A stretch of 64,000 nt of DNA from Cyanophora paradoxa CCMP329 (Eukaryota; Plantae; Glaucophyta): contig QPMI01000408.1 in the NCBI GenBank assembly GCA_004431415.1, positions 248,001-312,000 on the forward strand, in the 5' to 3' direction. Each line of letters begins with the position of its first letter. The stretch's first letter is position 1. Shown piece by piece: positions 1 to 11,211 of this stretch. The notes beneath the pieces are model-generated. The model searched no databases. It was not told the origin of the DNA and was given only the letters and a program-made list of their open reading frames with translations. The translations under genes and the position numbers were made by a program.

Positions 1-39
1 TCTGCGGCCCGGGCCGGGCCGGGCCGACCCTCGCGGCAG

Positions 40-1803
40 GTTCCAGCGGCGGTACGACCCGAATTTCAAGGCCCTCCACGACGCCGTCAAGGACGGCTCC
101 GTCGGCGAGGTCCGCCCGCTCCGCTCCGGCCTGCAGCGCGCGGCAGCCGAGGCGGCCCCGGGGGGCCTTGTGCGCAGGTCTTCCACGTGCACTGCACCTC
201 GCGGGACCCGGGCCCCCCGCCCATCGCCTACGTCAAGCAGTCCGGCGGCATCTTCCTCGACATGGCCATCCACGTGCGCCCGCCCGCGCCGCGCCGGGAG
301 GGACGGGCGGACGGACGGACGGGGCCAGAGATCTAGAGGCCTCTGACGAACGCGCGCGCCGGCGCCAGCGCCGGCGGCGGCGATACGATAACTTTGATAC
401 CTTTTGATACCTTCAATGCTAACTAACTGCGCGGCTCCGTCTCCGCGGCCGCCCTCGCCCGCGCAGGACTTCGACATGCTGCGGTACCTGACGCTGAGCG
501 ACCCCGTCGAGGTCTACACCCGCCCCGCCGTCCGCGTCGACCCCGAGGTGCCCCGGGCCCCCGCCCCCGCCTTCTCTTTCGGTCGGGGGGCGGGCGGGTG
601 GCTTTCGGCGGGCATCTAGATAGATACCTAGACCGGGTGGCGGGTGGCTTTCGCTTTCGGTCGAGGCATCCTAGACCTAGATACCTAGACTTAGGTGCGC
701 CGGGCGCCCCGCCCCCGCTGCCGCCGCCCTCTCTTTCGATCGAGGGGCGGGTGGCTTTCGGCGGGCATCTAGATACTTAGAACGGGCTCGGCAGCCTAGC
801 CCGTTCACCGCCCGCCTACGAGCGGCTCGGCGGCCTGTGCGTGACGCGGGGCGGGGGCGGGGGGTACGCAGATCGGGGCGGCGGGCGACTACGACTCGGC
901 GATCACCGTCGTGACCTTCAAGAGCGGCGCCGTCGGCGTCATCGACAACTGCCGCAAAGCCAGTGCGCCCCCCCAAACCGAGTCGCCCTCCCCGCAGGCC
1001 CCTCACACGGGCGGCAGCGTACGGGTACGACCAGCGTGCGGAGGTGTTCGGGTCGAAGACGCGGGTGACGATCTCGAACGAGACGGCGTCGCGGCTGGAG
1101 ACGTGGGGCCCGGACGGCATCGTCGGGCAGAAGCCCCTGGACTTCTTCATGACCCGCTACACCAAGGTCCGTACAGGAGAGGGCCTTCGTAGGCGGCGGC
1201 ATAGACACGTAGGGCCCGAGCCTAGCGAGCCTTTGGGGCGAGCCAGCCAGCCTTCCGAAATAGCCAGCCTTCCGAAAGAGAGAGCGGGGGTGGATGGGGA
1301 GGGGCCGCCCCCTCCCCACTTTCTCCTAGCCCTTGGGGCCTAGCCCGAGCCTAGCCAGCCCTCGGAGCGAGCGGCATAGACAGAAAGACCGCTGCCTCCC
1401 CCCATCTCCCTTCTCCCGTCCTCCATTCCTGAGCGCTGGCGGGCGCCTTTGGAGAGAGCGGATAACACTGGGGGCGCACCCTCCCCCCCTTCTTTCTCCC
1501 TTCGCCCCTTCCCATTTCTGAGTGCGCGTACCCCCGCAGGCCTACGAGAACGAGATCCTTGCCTTCATCGACTGCGTCGTCAACGGTGCGCCCCGGCGCG
1601 ATCAGATCTTATCTGATCTGATCTGATCTGATCTGATCTGATCTGATTCTATCCCCCCTACTCCTCCCCCCCTGATTTGATCCGCAGACAAGCCCTCGCC
1701 GACGCCGGGGACGGAGGGCCGCTGGGCGACCCTCTCGGCCCTCGCCGCCCTCAAGTCGGCCAAGGAGGGCCGCCCCGTCAAGCTCTCCGAGGTCGACATC
1801 TAA
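40..1803 (+). CDS. iolG: myo-inositol 2-dehydrogenase (Gfo/Idh/MocA family), 5'-partial, multi-exon
   Basis: Spliced exons read FQRRYDPNFKALHDAVKDGSVGE|VFHVHCTSRDPGPPPIAYVKQSGGIFLDMAIH|DFDMLRYL...VIDNCRKA|TYGYDQRAEVFGSK...AYENEILAFIDC...; stop TAA at 1801-1803. Confidence 0.9.
596..780. repeat. intronic direct repeats
   Basis: gggtggctttcggcgggcatctagata at ~596 and ~748 plus a partial copy at ~642, interleaved with ctagatacctaga units. Confidence 0.7.
1611..1645 (+). repeat. (ATCTG)7 intronic microsatellite
   Basis: Direct reading. Confidence 0.9.
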
Positions 1804-2856
1804 ATTTAGATCGGATCTAGACGTTCCCTCGAGTAGTTGCTCCCCTTGCACGTTTGAAATTTCCCTTTCGGACCGCACGAGACGAGTGTAGTAGAGTCCA
1901 CAGTAGATCGTCGGATCCCTGTGCTGGTGCGAGTTTGCAGTGCAAAACAGACACTCGTGTGTCACTGGAACTTCGGAACTCATGCACATGATCGCGCCGC
2001 TGCGACTTGGCGATGGCGACACCCTGCCCCAGCCCCAGTTCCCAGCCTGGCCGGCTGGGCTGCGGGCGCCGGGCGGCTGGGGCGAGGCATTGCGGCAGCG
2101 TGCACGTGCCACGGTGGCTCCCGGATCCGGAGTCCATGCACATGCCGGCCTTGAAGCTTTGAGCCGCCGCCGAAGCTAGCGAGACCGGCCGCGGGACCCC
2201 ACGTGCACGGCCCCGCGGTCCGGATCCGGAGCTACTAGCAGAGTAGGCTAGTCCCTTTCAAGTTTCTTTGCCAAGTTGCAAGAACTTTGCCGGTGGCACA
2301 GTGCAGAATTTGTAATCAGTACTGTTAATTCAACGATTATGGGTGCGAGACTGAGAGTCGCATCATGATCAACCTTGAAACTGTCAAACTGACGGCCCTG
2401 AGCGGCCTTGCTTGAAGAAATCTATGTGAAGGTCCTACTGGACAGTCTGGGGCGCGCGACGGCGCCAGAAAAGCGAGAGAACGCTCCGGAGGCCGGGCAC
2501 GGCCCCCGGAGGCGTCCTCGGAGAGCTGGTACGAGAGACGAGCGATCAAGGGCACTGCATGCGGAATTCCAATAGACAGTCCTATCGATACTACGACGCG
2601 AACGGAGAAGCTTGGCAGCTATACGACAAATCAAAGTTGAAATACATACGCAGATCTAGAAGAGAGAGGGTCTTCAAAATTCTCTGTCATAACGAGCTGC
2701 GTCAGCTAGACCTGCAAGAAGCCGGCGCCCGCCGCCGGCGTTGTCTTATAGAAATGGGACGGCGAGAGCTCCGCCTGAGCGCGGGGGTCCGACCCGCGGG
2801 CAGGAGCCAAAATTGGGGGGGGGGGGGGGGGCGAGAGGGGCGCCGGGGGTAGAGGG

Positions 2857-5800
2857 TTATAGTGCGGAGACGGGGTGGGGGAGGGGAGTGCGCGGCGACG
2901 ACGGGGGAGGGTCCCCGAAGGGCCGACGGGAGGGCCCCGGGATAACGTGGAGGGGTATGGGGAGCGGGGCGCAGGGGCCCCCGGGGGCAGCGACGGGAAC
3001 CGCGATGCGCGCGCCGGGCAGGGGGGGAAGAACCTCGGTGGCTCCGGGGAGGACCGGCGGGGGTACGGGGGCCTCCATGAGGCTGGAAGCCTCCAGGAGG
3101 GCGTGGAAGGATCCTACCCGGGGGAAGGCGCCCGGGGCCGGCGCCGGGGGCTCCGCCGCCTGCAGCTGGGCCACGCGCGGGGAGTGCACCCCGCGGGGGG
3201 AGGGGCCGCGGGGCGAGGGGCCCGTGCCGGGGAGGCCCCGGGGGGATACGCCGCCCTCGCGCTTTATCTTCGCGATGGCGGGGTTCTCCACCGGCTCGGG
3301 CTTGATCGCGGGGGGTACCGGCAGCTCGAGCTCCGCCAGCTGGCCGAAGCGCGCGGCGGAAGCGGCGGCGGCGGCGGCGCCGGCGCCGACGGCCCCGCGG
3401 GCGGCCGGCGGCCGGCGGCCCGTGCGGCGCGTTGTTGCTGGCGGGCCGACTTGCGGGGCCGGCGCCGGCCGCCGGCGCCTCCTCGTCCTCCTCCCCGCCT
3501 CCAAATCCTCGGGCACGTCCTCCGGATCGTCCGCGACCAGATCCTGATTGAGTTTTCTCAGGACTTTTTTTGGGGGGGAGGAAGTTCCGGAGGGGTACAC
3601 ACCTCGACCTCGTCGTCGTCGTCGGCGGGCGCGTCGTCGTCGTCGGCAGGCTCGTCCTTGACCGCCGCCGCGGCGCCCCGACCGGCTTGAAGCGCTTGCG
3701 CGCCGCGCCGCCGCCGCCGGCGCCGCCGCGGGCGTTGCCGCCGCCCGAGGCCGGGCGGGGCTCGTCGCCGCTCGAGCCCTCGCCGCCGTCGATGTCCATG
3801 GCGCCCTCGCGGGCCGCCGCGCGCTCGGCCGCCGAGCCGCGCGACCCGACCGACGAGGAGCGCTCGGGCCGCAGCGAGTTGGTCGCCAGCACGCGCTGCA
3901 GCAGCTGCCGCGAGCCGACCGCCGCCCGGCGCTGCGCCGGCCGCCGCCGCCGCCGCCCGCCTCGTCGCCCTCCTCCTCCTCCCCGCGTTGAGGTTGAGCC
4001 GCTCCGTCGGGTCGATGCTCCCCAGCGTGTCCTGGCTCGCCCCGCCGTCGCTCTCCGCGCCGCTCCCCGCCCCGCCCTCCTCCTCGTCGTCCGCCCCGAA
4101 CACGCGCGGCTTGCGCGGCACCCGCCGCCCCGCCGCCGCGCGGCTGCGGCCCGTCGGGGTCGCCGGCGCCCCCAGCGAGCCCCGGCGCGACCCGGAGCCT
4201 GCGCCGCCCGCCCGGTCAGCTCAACCAGACAACTCAGAACGATTAAAAGCGAAGGGCGCGCCGTGCGAGTCGACGGAGAGGACGTCCGAGCCGTCGTCGA
4301 GCATGCCGTCCGCCTCCTCGTCCTCGTCCGACCCCGCCGAGCGGCGGCAGCGGCCCCGCCCCGAGCGCCCCGGGTGCTTCAGGCTGCTCATCAGGTGCTT
4401 CTTCCGCCGGTGCATCAGCTCCAGCCGCTCCTGCTTGTCCACGAGCCCCTGCGACGCTGTGGGAAGGGGGGCGGATCAGAATCCAACAAGGAAACAGAGA
4501 GAGAGAAAGAGGAAGAAGAGGAAGAGGGGCGCACGCGCGCGGCGCGGGGGGTCGTCGGGCTGCTTCTGGCGCAGCTTGCGCGCCTTGAGGAGGGCCGTCG
4601 CCCACTGCTCGGCCATCTCCCGGTTCGTGATCCGCATACCCCCGAACAGCTCCAGCCCGATGTCGAAGCGGACCTGTGCCCCGTTCCGTTCGTTAGACTT
4701 CGAACGAACAAGGCTTTAATCACGTCTCAGCTCAGCGCACCATCTCGTCGGAGGTGTACTGCTCGGTGCGGTCCTGGTCGACGTACTGGATCGAGTAGAG
4801 GCGGTCCTTCGTCACTCCGTTCATCCGTGTCACCTGTTCGGAACGAGAGAGTTAAGAAGCATCTCTTATCCTTTCTTCCTTCTTCTCCCCATCTCACCTG
4901 GGCGGGCCAGAAGGGGAAGCCACCGCCCTGGCCCCAGACGAGCTCGCCGATCTTGAGGATGCGGTGCCGCCGGTAGCGCTCCGGGATGTCGAACTTGGGG
5001 AAGCCCTTGGGGTCCTCGCTGAGCACCTGGGCCGGCGTCACGTTGTAGAAGGGCGACCGCTTGTGGATCCCCGAGCGCTCTGCCGGCGCCGGCGCCGTCA
5101 GCGTCGGGGCGAAGAGCGGCGCGGCGTGAAGCGAGGGGATGCTCACCGCTGCCGTGCGCGCTGCCGCCGTCGCTGAGGTCCGATCCCGCGTTCGCGGCGC
5201 GCTTGGCCGGCGGCTCGCCGGTGTCGTCCAGGGCCCGGGGCGAGGCGCGGGGCACGGGCGAGGCGCGCGGGCGGCCGGAGGCGGAGAGCGGGGAGCCGAG
5301 CATGGGCGAAGGACCCCGCGCCGAAGCGCTCCGCTTGCCCGAGGCCGGCGCGTCGGAGAGCGTGTCCCCGTCCTCGTGGTTGCTCGAGCCCGACACCGGC
5401 ACCGAAATCGGCAGCTCCAGAGGCGTAAGCATTCCCGGCATGAGCCCGTTCGTCTCCCTGTCCGGGGCGCACGGCTCGCCCGAGACCGCGATCCGCATCA
5501 CGGCGCCCGGCGGCGCGGCGCCGGGCTCTCCCGCCGCCAGAACCTTCCCCTCGATGCAGAAGCGCGCAGGCTTGGGCGCACGCTGCAGAGCCGGGGTCAG
5601 TCCGCCAGAAGAACGGGAGATCAAATCTCGTTCGGACACGGGCGGAGATTACCGTGGCCCCGGCCTCGAGCGCCGCGCGCCCGGCGGCGGACAAAGCGTT
5701 ACCGCTAAAGAAAAGAAAGCGTTAAATCGGACCGGCGCAGGCGAGGCGCTCCACGGGAGGTCAAACCTGATCTGGAGCTCCTCGACCGGATACTTGCCGG

Positions 5801-6504
5801 CGGCGAAGCCCTCGCCGAGGCGCTGGCAGGTCTCATCCGATACGCGGACGTTGGAGAGCGTGCAGGAGCGCCGCGAGAGGCACGCCTCCAGGAAAGGGAG
5901 CACAAAAGCGTCCTCGGAGCGAGACCGGCCGCGGCCGCCTGCGCCGCCGAAGTCTACGTCCACGAGAACGATGCTGTCAAGGCTGGAGGCTGGAATAGCC
6001 GTCTGGAGAAGCTCCAGGCCCTCCCCGCGTACGTTGCAGCGCGCGAGGGTGATCTTTCGGAGCGTTTTGCACGCCAGGATGGCAGCAAGGAAGCCCGAAG
6101 AGACTTCCCTAGCATCGTCCATGCGGAAGGCGCACAGCGAGCTGCTGCCCGCGAGTGTCTCCGCCAGGGCCATGTTGTTCATGGTCCCACAGACGTAGAG
6201 CTCCAGGTACACAAGCTTGCTGGCAGCCAGGACCTTCAGAATAGAAAAAGATTCATGTAAGAAGAACGAATAGCGTGTGCTTCCGCGCGTATGCGACGTC
6301 TCTACGCCAGCACACCTGGTGCAGCCGATCGCCGTCCTTGGGCCAGCTGAATCTCTCGGAGAAGGCCAGACGGACGGAACTGTGCGGAAGACCGTTTGAG
6401 AGGCCCTCAAGAATCTGAGTGTTGAGGCTGTAGCTCCTTTCCACTTTGAAGTCGAAGTTGGACACGGGCTGGACCGCCTGGGCGGCGCCCTCCTCGCTCG
6501 CCAT
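2857..6504 (-). CDS. RNI-like leucine-rich-repeat N-terminus fused to a PWWP domain, with long low-complexity C-terminus
   Basis: MASEEGAAQ...|VLAASKLVYLELYV...LRKITLARCNVRGEGLELL...VEELQI|SGNALSAAGRAAL (LRR-like); ILKIGELVWGQGGGFPFWPAQ (PWWP, ~4900-4960); GT-AG introns appear to join these into one frame. Confidence 0.65.
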
Positions 6505-7759
6505 CTGTTCATTTGAGTAAGAGATGGAACGTAAACGAAGACTGGAGAGGATACGCGGCATCCCGGGGCCCCGATTACGACTCCCTATGGGTCGCGCGCG
6601 AGGCTGCGTACGCAGCAGATAGGCGCTGGGCGGCTGCGTAGGCCTAATAGGATACATGATACATGTCACTCGGGATAACCTAGACAGCTGGCGCTGGCGC
6701 AGGCTGATGTGTACGCGGCTTCAAGGCGCAACCGCCAAAGAGACGGCGCGCGATCCGCACAGATCTCCCGCACCGTTTGGATCGTTCCGGCCGATACTCG
6801 GCCCGAGCGGCGAACGGGGGTGTCACAGTCGCCGACTGCAGGAATCAGCAGTTGATGAGGCTGTACCCCTCAGGCTGCGGTCAACGCCCGCTGAATTGAC
6901 TTACCGCGCATGCCCTGTCCGTTGCGCATGCGCATGCAGCGCAATAGGGCGAAAACGGTCTAAGCCTGCGCCAGAACGGTCCAGGCCCGCGCCAGCCTGG
7001 CAGCTCCGCGTGCGCAGCGCGGCCGCGGCCATCGAACTATGGCGTAACGGTCCATTACTGGTACCGCTGCTCGCTTGCGCAAAACGTGCATCTGCATCCG
7101 ATGATCTAAATGCTCTCCTGTCACGTGGATCCGGAGCTCGAGGCGCGCGGGGGCGCGATCATGGGTCGACATCCATGGCCGCGCGCGCGCCGCAACATTC
7201 CCGTGCACGGGCCGCAGTTCAACGTGGCACGGGCTTCAAATCGCAGCTCAAGGCTTGCCAAATTGCAGTTGTTCGGAGTCATACACGTGGTACGGTCGCA
7301 GTTTTATTACGATATCGATGCGAGCCTTTCACACTGACTGGAGGCACTTCTAGTAGTAGAGCGCTCTTCCAGGCTGACTACAGCTACCACTGGAACGGAA
7401 AGCGAAATTTAAAGTTGCTCGAGGGTCTAGCCCACGAGTCTCTGCATCTGAAGAGCATCTTGAAAACGAAAGAACACCATTACACTGATCATGAAACGCA
7501 TTAAACATCGATATCTCGCAGCGCTCGCCCCGCGACTCCTCCGCGGTCGCGAGCATGTACAACGAAATCGGAAATCAAAGCCTGCCTAACTGTGGGAACT
7601 GTGGGACTGCCGGAAAAGGTTTTATAGATGACTGTACAGGTTCCATACTGATATGCGGACTGCATCTGCTTGAAATATATTCTGCCGCGTGCGAAGCGAA
7701 ACGAAATCACGGGGGAAACAACGACAGAGAAAGAGAGAGAGGGAAGTTGGAAACGCCGC

Positions 7760-9258
7760 TCAGCGGTCGCCCTTGCGCCGGGAGACGGGGCTGGCCGAGG
7801 TGCGGCGGCCCGGGGATCTGCCCTTGCCGCGGGCGACGGGGCTCGAGGAGGGGCGCCGGGCAGGGGAGCCGAAGCCGCGGGGCCGGGCGCGCCCGCCGCG
7901 CCGGCCCTTCTCCCCCTCGGGCTCCGGCTCGTCCACCTCCACGTTGTCTGCCGCGGCGTAAATTTTTGAATTCAAACATTTGAATTCGGGAGGGGGTACG
8001 GCACCGATGAAGGACTGGGCGTCGGCGACGACGCGCTGCGCGGGGGCGGAGGAGGAGGAGGAGGCGCCGTGGTGCCCGTGCCCGTGGTGGCCCTGCGGCC
8101 CTGCAACGCCGCGGATCAAATCGCGATCGAATGCGGGGATCGAATTGAGATCAAATGTTGCACCGTGGCCGGCGGAGACTGCGTGGCCGGTGTGTCCGTG
8201 AAGGGAGGAGTGCCCCGCGGGGCCGTGCGCGGCGCCGGCGCCGGCGGCGTGCGCGTGCAGCGGCGCGGGGCCGGCGCCGGCGCCGCCCGTCTTGGCCATC
8301 AGCGCGGAGCCGACGTCTCCGGCCGTGGCCGCCTCGGGGCCGGCGAGGGGCGGGGCGGCGGGGACATGGTGGGTCACTTGGAGGTAGAGGAGGTCGCAGA
8401 GGGGCTGGAGGGCGGCCAGGGGCCCCCCAGCCCGGAAGAGCGGGTCCAGGGCGGAGAGGTCCATCGTCTGCAGGACCTCGATGGTCGACGAGACGCTCTT
8501 GAGGAAGAGCAGCGCCGCCTGGATCGAATGCGGGGTTAGGGGCCGGGGGAGACAGCGCCCGGATCAAATGTTTCGAAGGGGGCGCGCGCGCCTGGACGTA
8601 GGGGAACAGGGTGAGGATGAGGGGCAGTGCAGTGGCGAGGAGCACGGTCGGCGCCACCGCGGGCGGCGAAGGCTGCGGCTGCGGCGCCGGCTCGGCGGCG
8701 GGGGCGGGGGCGGTCGGGCAGCACTCGGCGACGGGCGGGAGGGGCCGCGGTCCGGGTCGGGGTGCCCGCCCGCCGGAGAGGCGGAGCGGGAGCGGGAGCG
8801 GGTGCGGCCGCGGGACGGGAGAGCGAGACCTCGCGCACGCGCCCCGAGTCGATGCGCTCGAGGCGCCCGACGCGCGCGGCAATGGCCGCCGCGCGCTCGA
8901 CGACGGCCGCGGCGCGCTCGCCGAGGTCCGCGAGGCTCGCCTCCGACGAGGCGCGGCGCGGCGGGCGCGGCTCGGACAGCGCCTGCTCCGCGAGCGCGGG
9001 GCTCCCGCCCCGGCTCGCCGCCGCCGCCGCCGCCGCCGAGGCCGCGAGCTCGCACGAGGCGATCAGATCCTTCTCCGACGAGCGGCGGTGCGCGCTGAGC
9101 GCGAAGAAGGGAAGGTCCTCGTGCGAGGGAGAGCGCGTCATGCCCACGAGGTTCGGCGAGCTGTACGAGTGCACGTGGAAGTGGATGGCGGGGCCCGCGT
9201 CAACGAGCGGCGAGAGCGGCCTGTCGGCGCCCGAGAGCGGCTGGAAGAGCGCCTGCAT
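7760..9258 (-). CDS. hypothetical protein (start uncertain, may extend toward ~9850)
   Basis: Coding-like frames MQALFQPLSGADRPLSP...LADLGERAAAVVERAAAIAARVGRL and AALLFLKSVSSTIEVLQTMDLSALDPLF...DLLYLQV; basic Ser/Arg-rich tail; no family recognised. Confidence 0.5.
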
Positions 9259-9910
9259 GCGTGGAGAGGAGAGCGGGGAGGACGACGCGTCTCCCGTGGA
9301 ATCCCGCGAGGGGGTTCGCCGGTGTGTCGGAGGCTTCGGAGGCGCCAGCGGCGGGATGCGGGCAGGGGAAGGCTCTCTGCATCGCAGCGGGTCATAAAAC
9401 AGCACCAGAGACCCTACCGGCGGCGCTAGGGCTGCAAAGCTAGGGGCAGCGGAGAGCCGGACGGGAGAACTGAACCGGCGGGGACGGACCTGCTTCTGGC
9501 GCGGCCGGACGAGTGCGGCTGTGATAGAACGCCTACAACAGACATCGCAGCCGAGTTGAGCATGACCGGCGCGGTCGCCGCAGCGACGAAGGCGAGGCCG
9601 CTGCTCTCTCCGGGCTCCATCTCCGCAATGGAGCGGCCGTTGCTCGTGTAGATGCGGTCTGGATGCGGGTGGCTGGCTGGCAGGCCGGTGGGCGCGAGAG
9701 CGACTGCCGCGTGTCTTCTCCGTTGCGCGTCTTCGTGTGGACTCACTTGAGCACCTGTACCCCGGAATCTCAAAGCCTGCCAAAGCGTTGAAAGCGGCCG
9801 GCGCCAAAGCCTCGATCTGATCCAGAACGTGCACTGAACCCCTCGCATCCGGCGCTGTTGATCAGCGGCGTACAACCATCCGGCGCGTAGCCCGTCCGGC
9901 GAGGCCGCGA

Positions 9911-10848
9911 ATGCTGCGCAGCAAGCTGCGGGACGCCGGCGGGCGGCAGGCGAAGATTGTCGTCTGCGGTGCGGCGGGATGCGGGAAGAGCGCGCTCCTG
10001 CACCGGTGCGGGCAAGGCGGGCTGCGGAGAGCCGATGCGCGGCTCACTCATGCCGGGCCTCGCGCGCCCGCCTCAGGTACACGACCGGCGAGTTCGTCGC
10101 CGGGCACAAGCAGACGCTGGGCGCGGACCTCGTGCGGCGCGAGGGGTGAGCGCAGCGCTTCGCTTAGCGGTTGCGACACGGCTGATCGGCCTCGTGCTGC
10201 TCAGGGAGGGCGTCACGGTGAACATCTGGTGCTGCTCGGGGCAGCCGCGGTACCGGCCCATCCTCTACAACCACTTCATTGACGCCCAGGCCCGTAAACT
10301 CCGGCCCCGCTTCCTGCAGCTGCCCGCCCGCGCGCCGCGCCGCGCCGAGCGGGGCCGCGCATGCGCAGGGCTTCCTCCTCGTGTACGACATCACGAGCGC
10401 GGAGTCGTACAAGGAGGTCGAGTTCTGGTACAACGAGGTCCAGCGGTGCGCCAGCGCTCGCCGGGCCGGGCCAGGGCACAGTTGGCGCGAGCGGGCGGGC
10501 GCATGCGCAGGCTCGCGGCGGGGGCGCCCTGCGTGCTGGTGGGCGCCAAGATGGACATGTCGGACTCGGGAAAGGTCTCCAGGGACGAGGCCGACAAGCT
10601 CGCCCAAGAATGGGGGATGCCGCACATCGTGGTCCGCCTCCGTACCCCCCGCGCCCCTTCTGGCCTCCCCTGACGCCTTCTAGTGCTCGGCGAAGACGGG
10701 CAAGGGCGCCGGTCGTCCCTTCGAGGAGGTCATGGGCGCGATCGCGAGGCGGTGGGCGATCCCCGGCATCACAGCGGCCCCGACGCCGGCCCCGGCCCGC
10801 CGGCCCTCCGCCTCCACCCCCGCCCGGCCCGTCTCCTCGGCGCGGTAG
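9911..10848 (+). CDS. divergent Rab/Ras-superfamily small GTPase
   Basis: KIVVCGAAGCGKSALLHR|YTTGEFVAGHKQTLGADL|EGVTVNIWCCSGQPRYR..DAQ|GFLLVYDITSAESY..|CVLVGAKMD..|CSAKTG; stop TAG 10846-10848. Confidence 0.85.
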
Positions 10849-11211
10849 ACCCTGGCGCTCCGTTTGGCTTCTTGATCTTGCAAGGCGGAAGGAGGGGGCA
10901 GCGTTCTCCTTAGTCCGTCCAGCAGCCAGCTTCGGAGACGACTTTGCGGTCGAACTTCCTGCCCCGGCGCTCTCGCCAGCTACGGCGGGGCTCAGAGCTC
11001 GCTCAGCCATGGCCCGGCGTACGGTGGAGGCGGACTTCGCCCCGTGATCATGAGTTGCCCCCGCGCGAGTCACGGGAGTCACGGGACACGTGCGCTTGCC
11101 TCGCCGGCGCGCACGCAGGCTTCAATTCTCGATGCGTGTGTGTATATATCGAAGTGTACATGCACATGATGCCGAGCCCACGAGAGGCTCGCCATCAGGG
11201 ATGGGCGGGCG

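Noticed and set aside
2320-2370. Possible C/D snoRNA on the minus strand (ATGATG...CTGA)
   Set aside because: Imperfect box C, short, and no guide sequence I can recognise
6656-7710. ORF 6656..7504 or a small spliced gene between the LRR-PWWP gene and the next gene
   Set aside because: Some splice-like sites, but I could not assemble a consistent frame or recognise a domain
8840-8950. Resemblance of LADLGERAAAVVERAAAIAARVGRL to SCAR/WASH homology helices
   Set aside because: Generic coiled-coil pattern; no WH2/VCA tail
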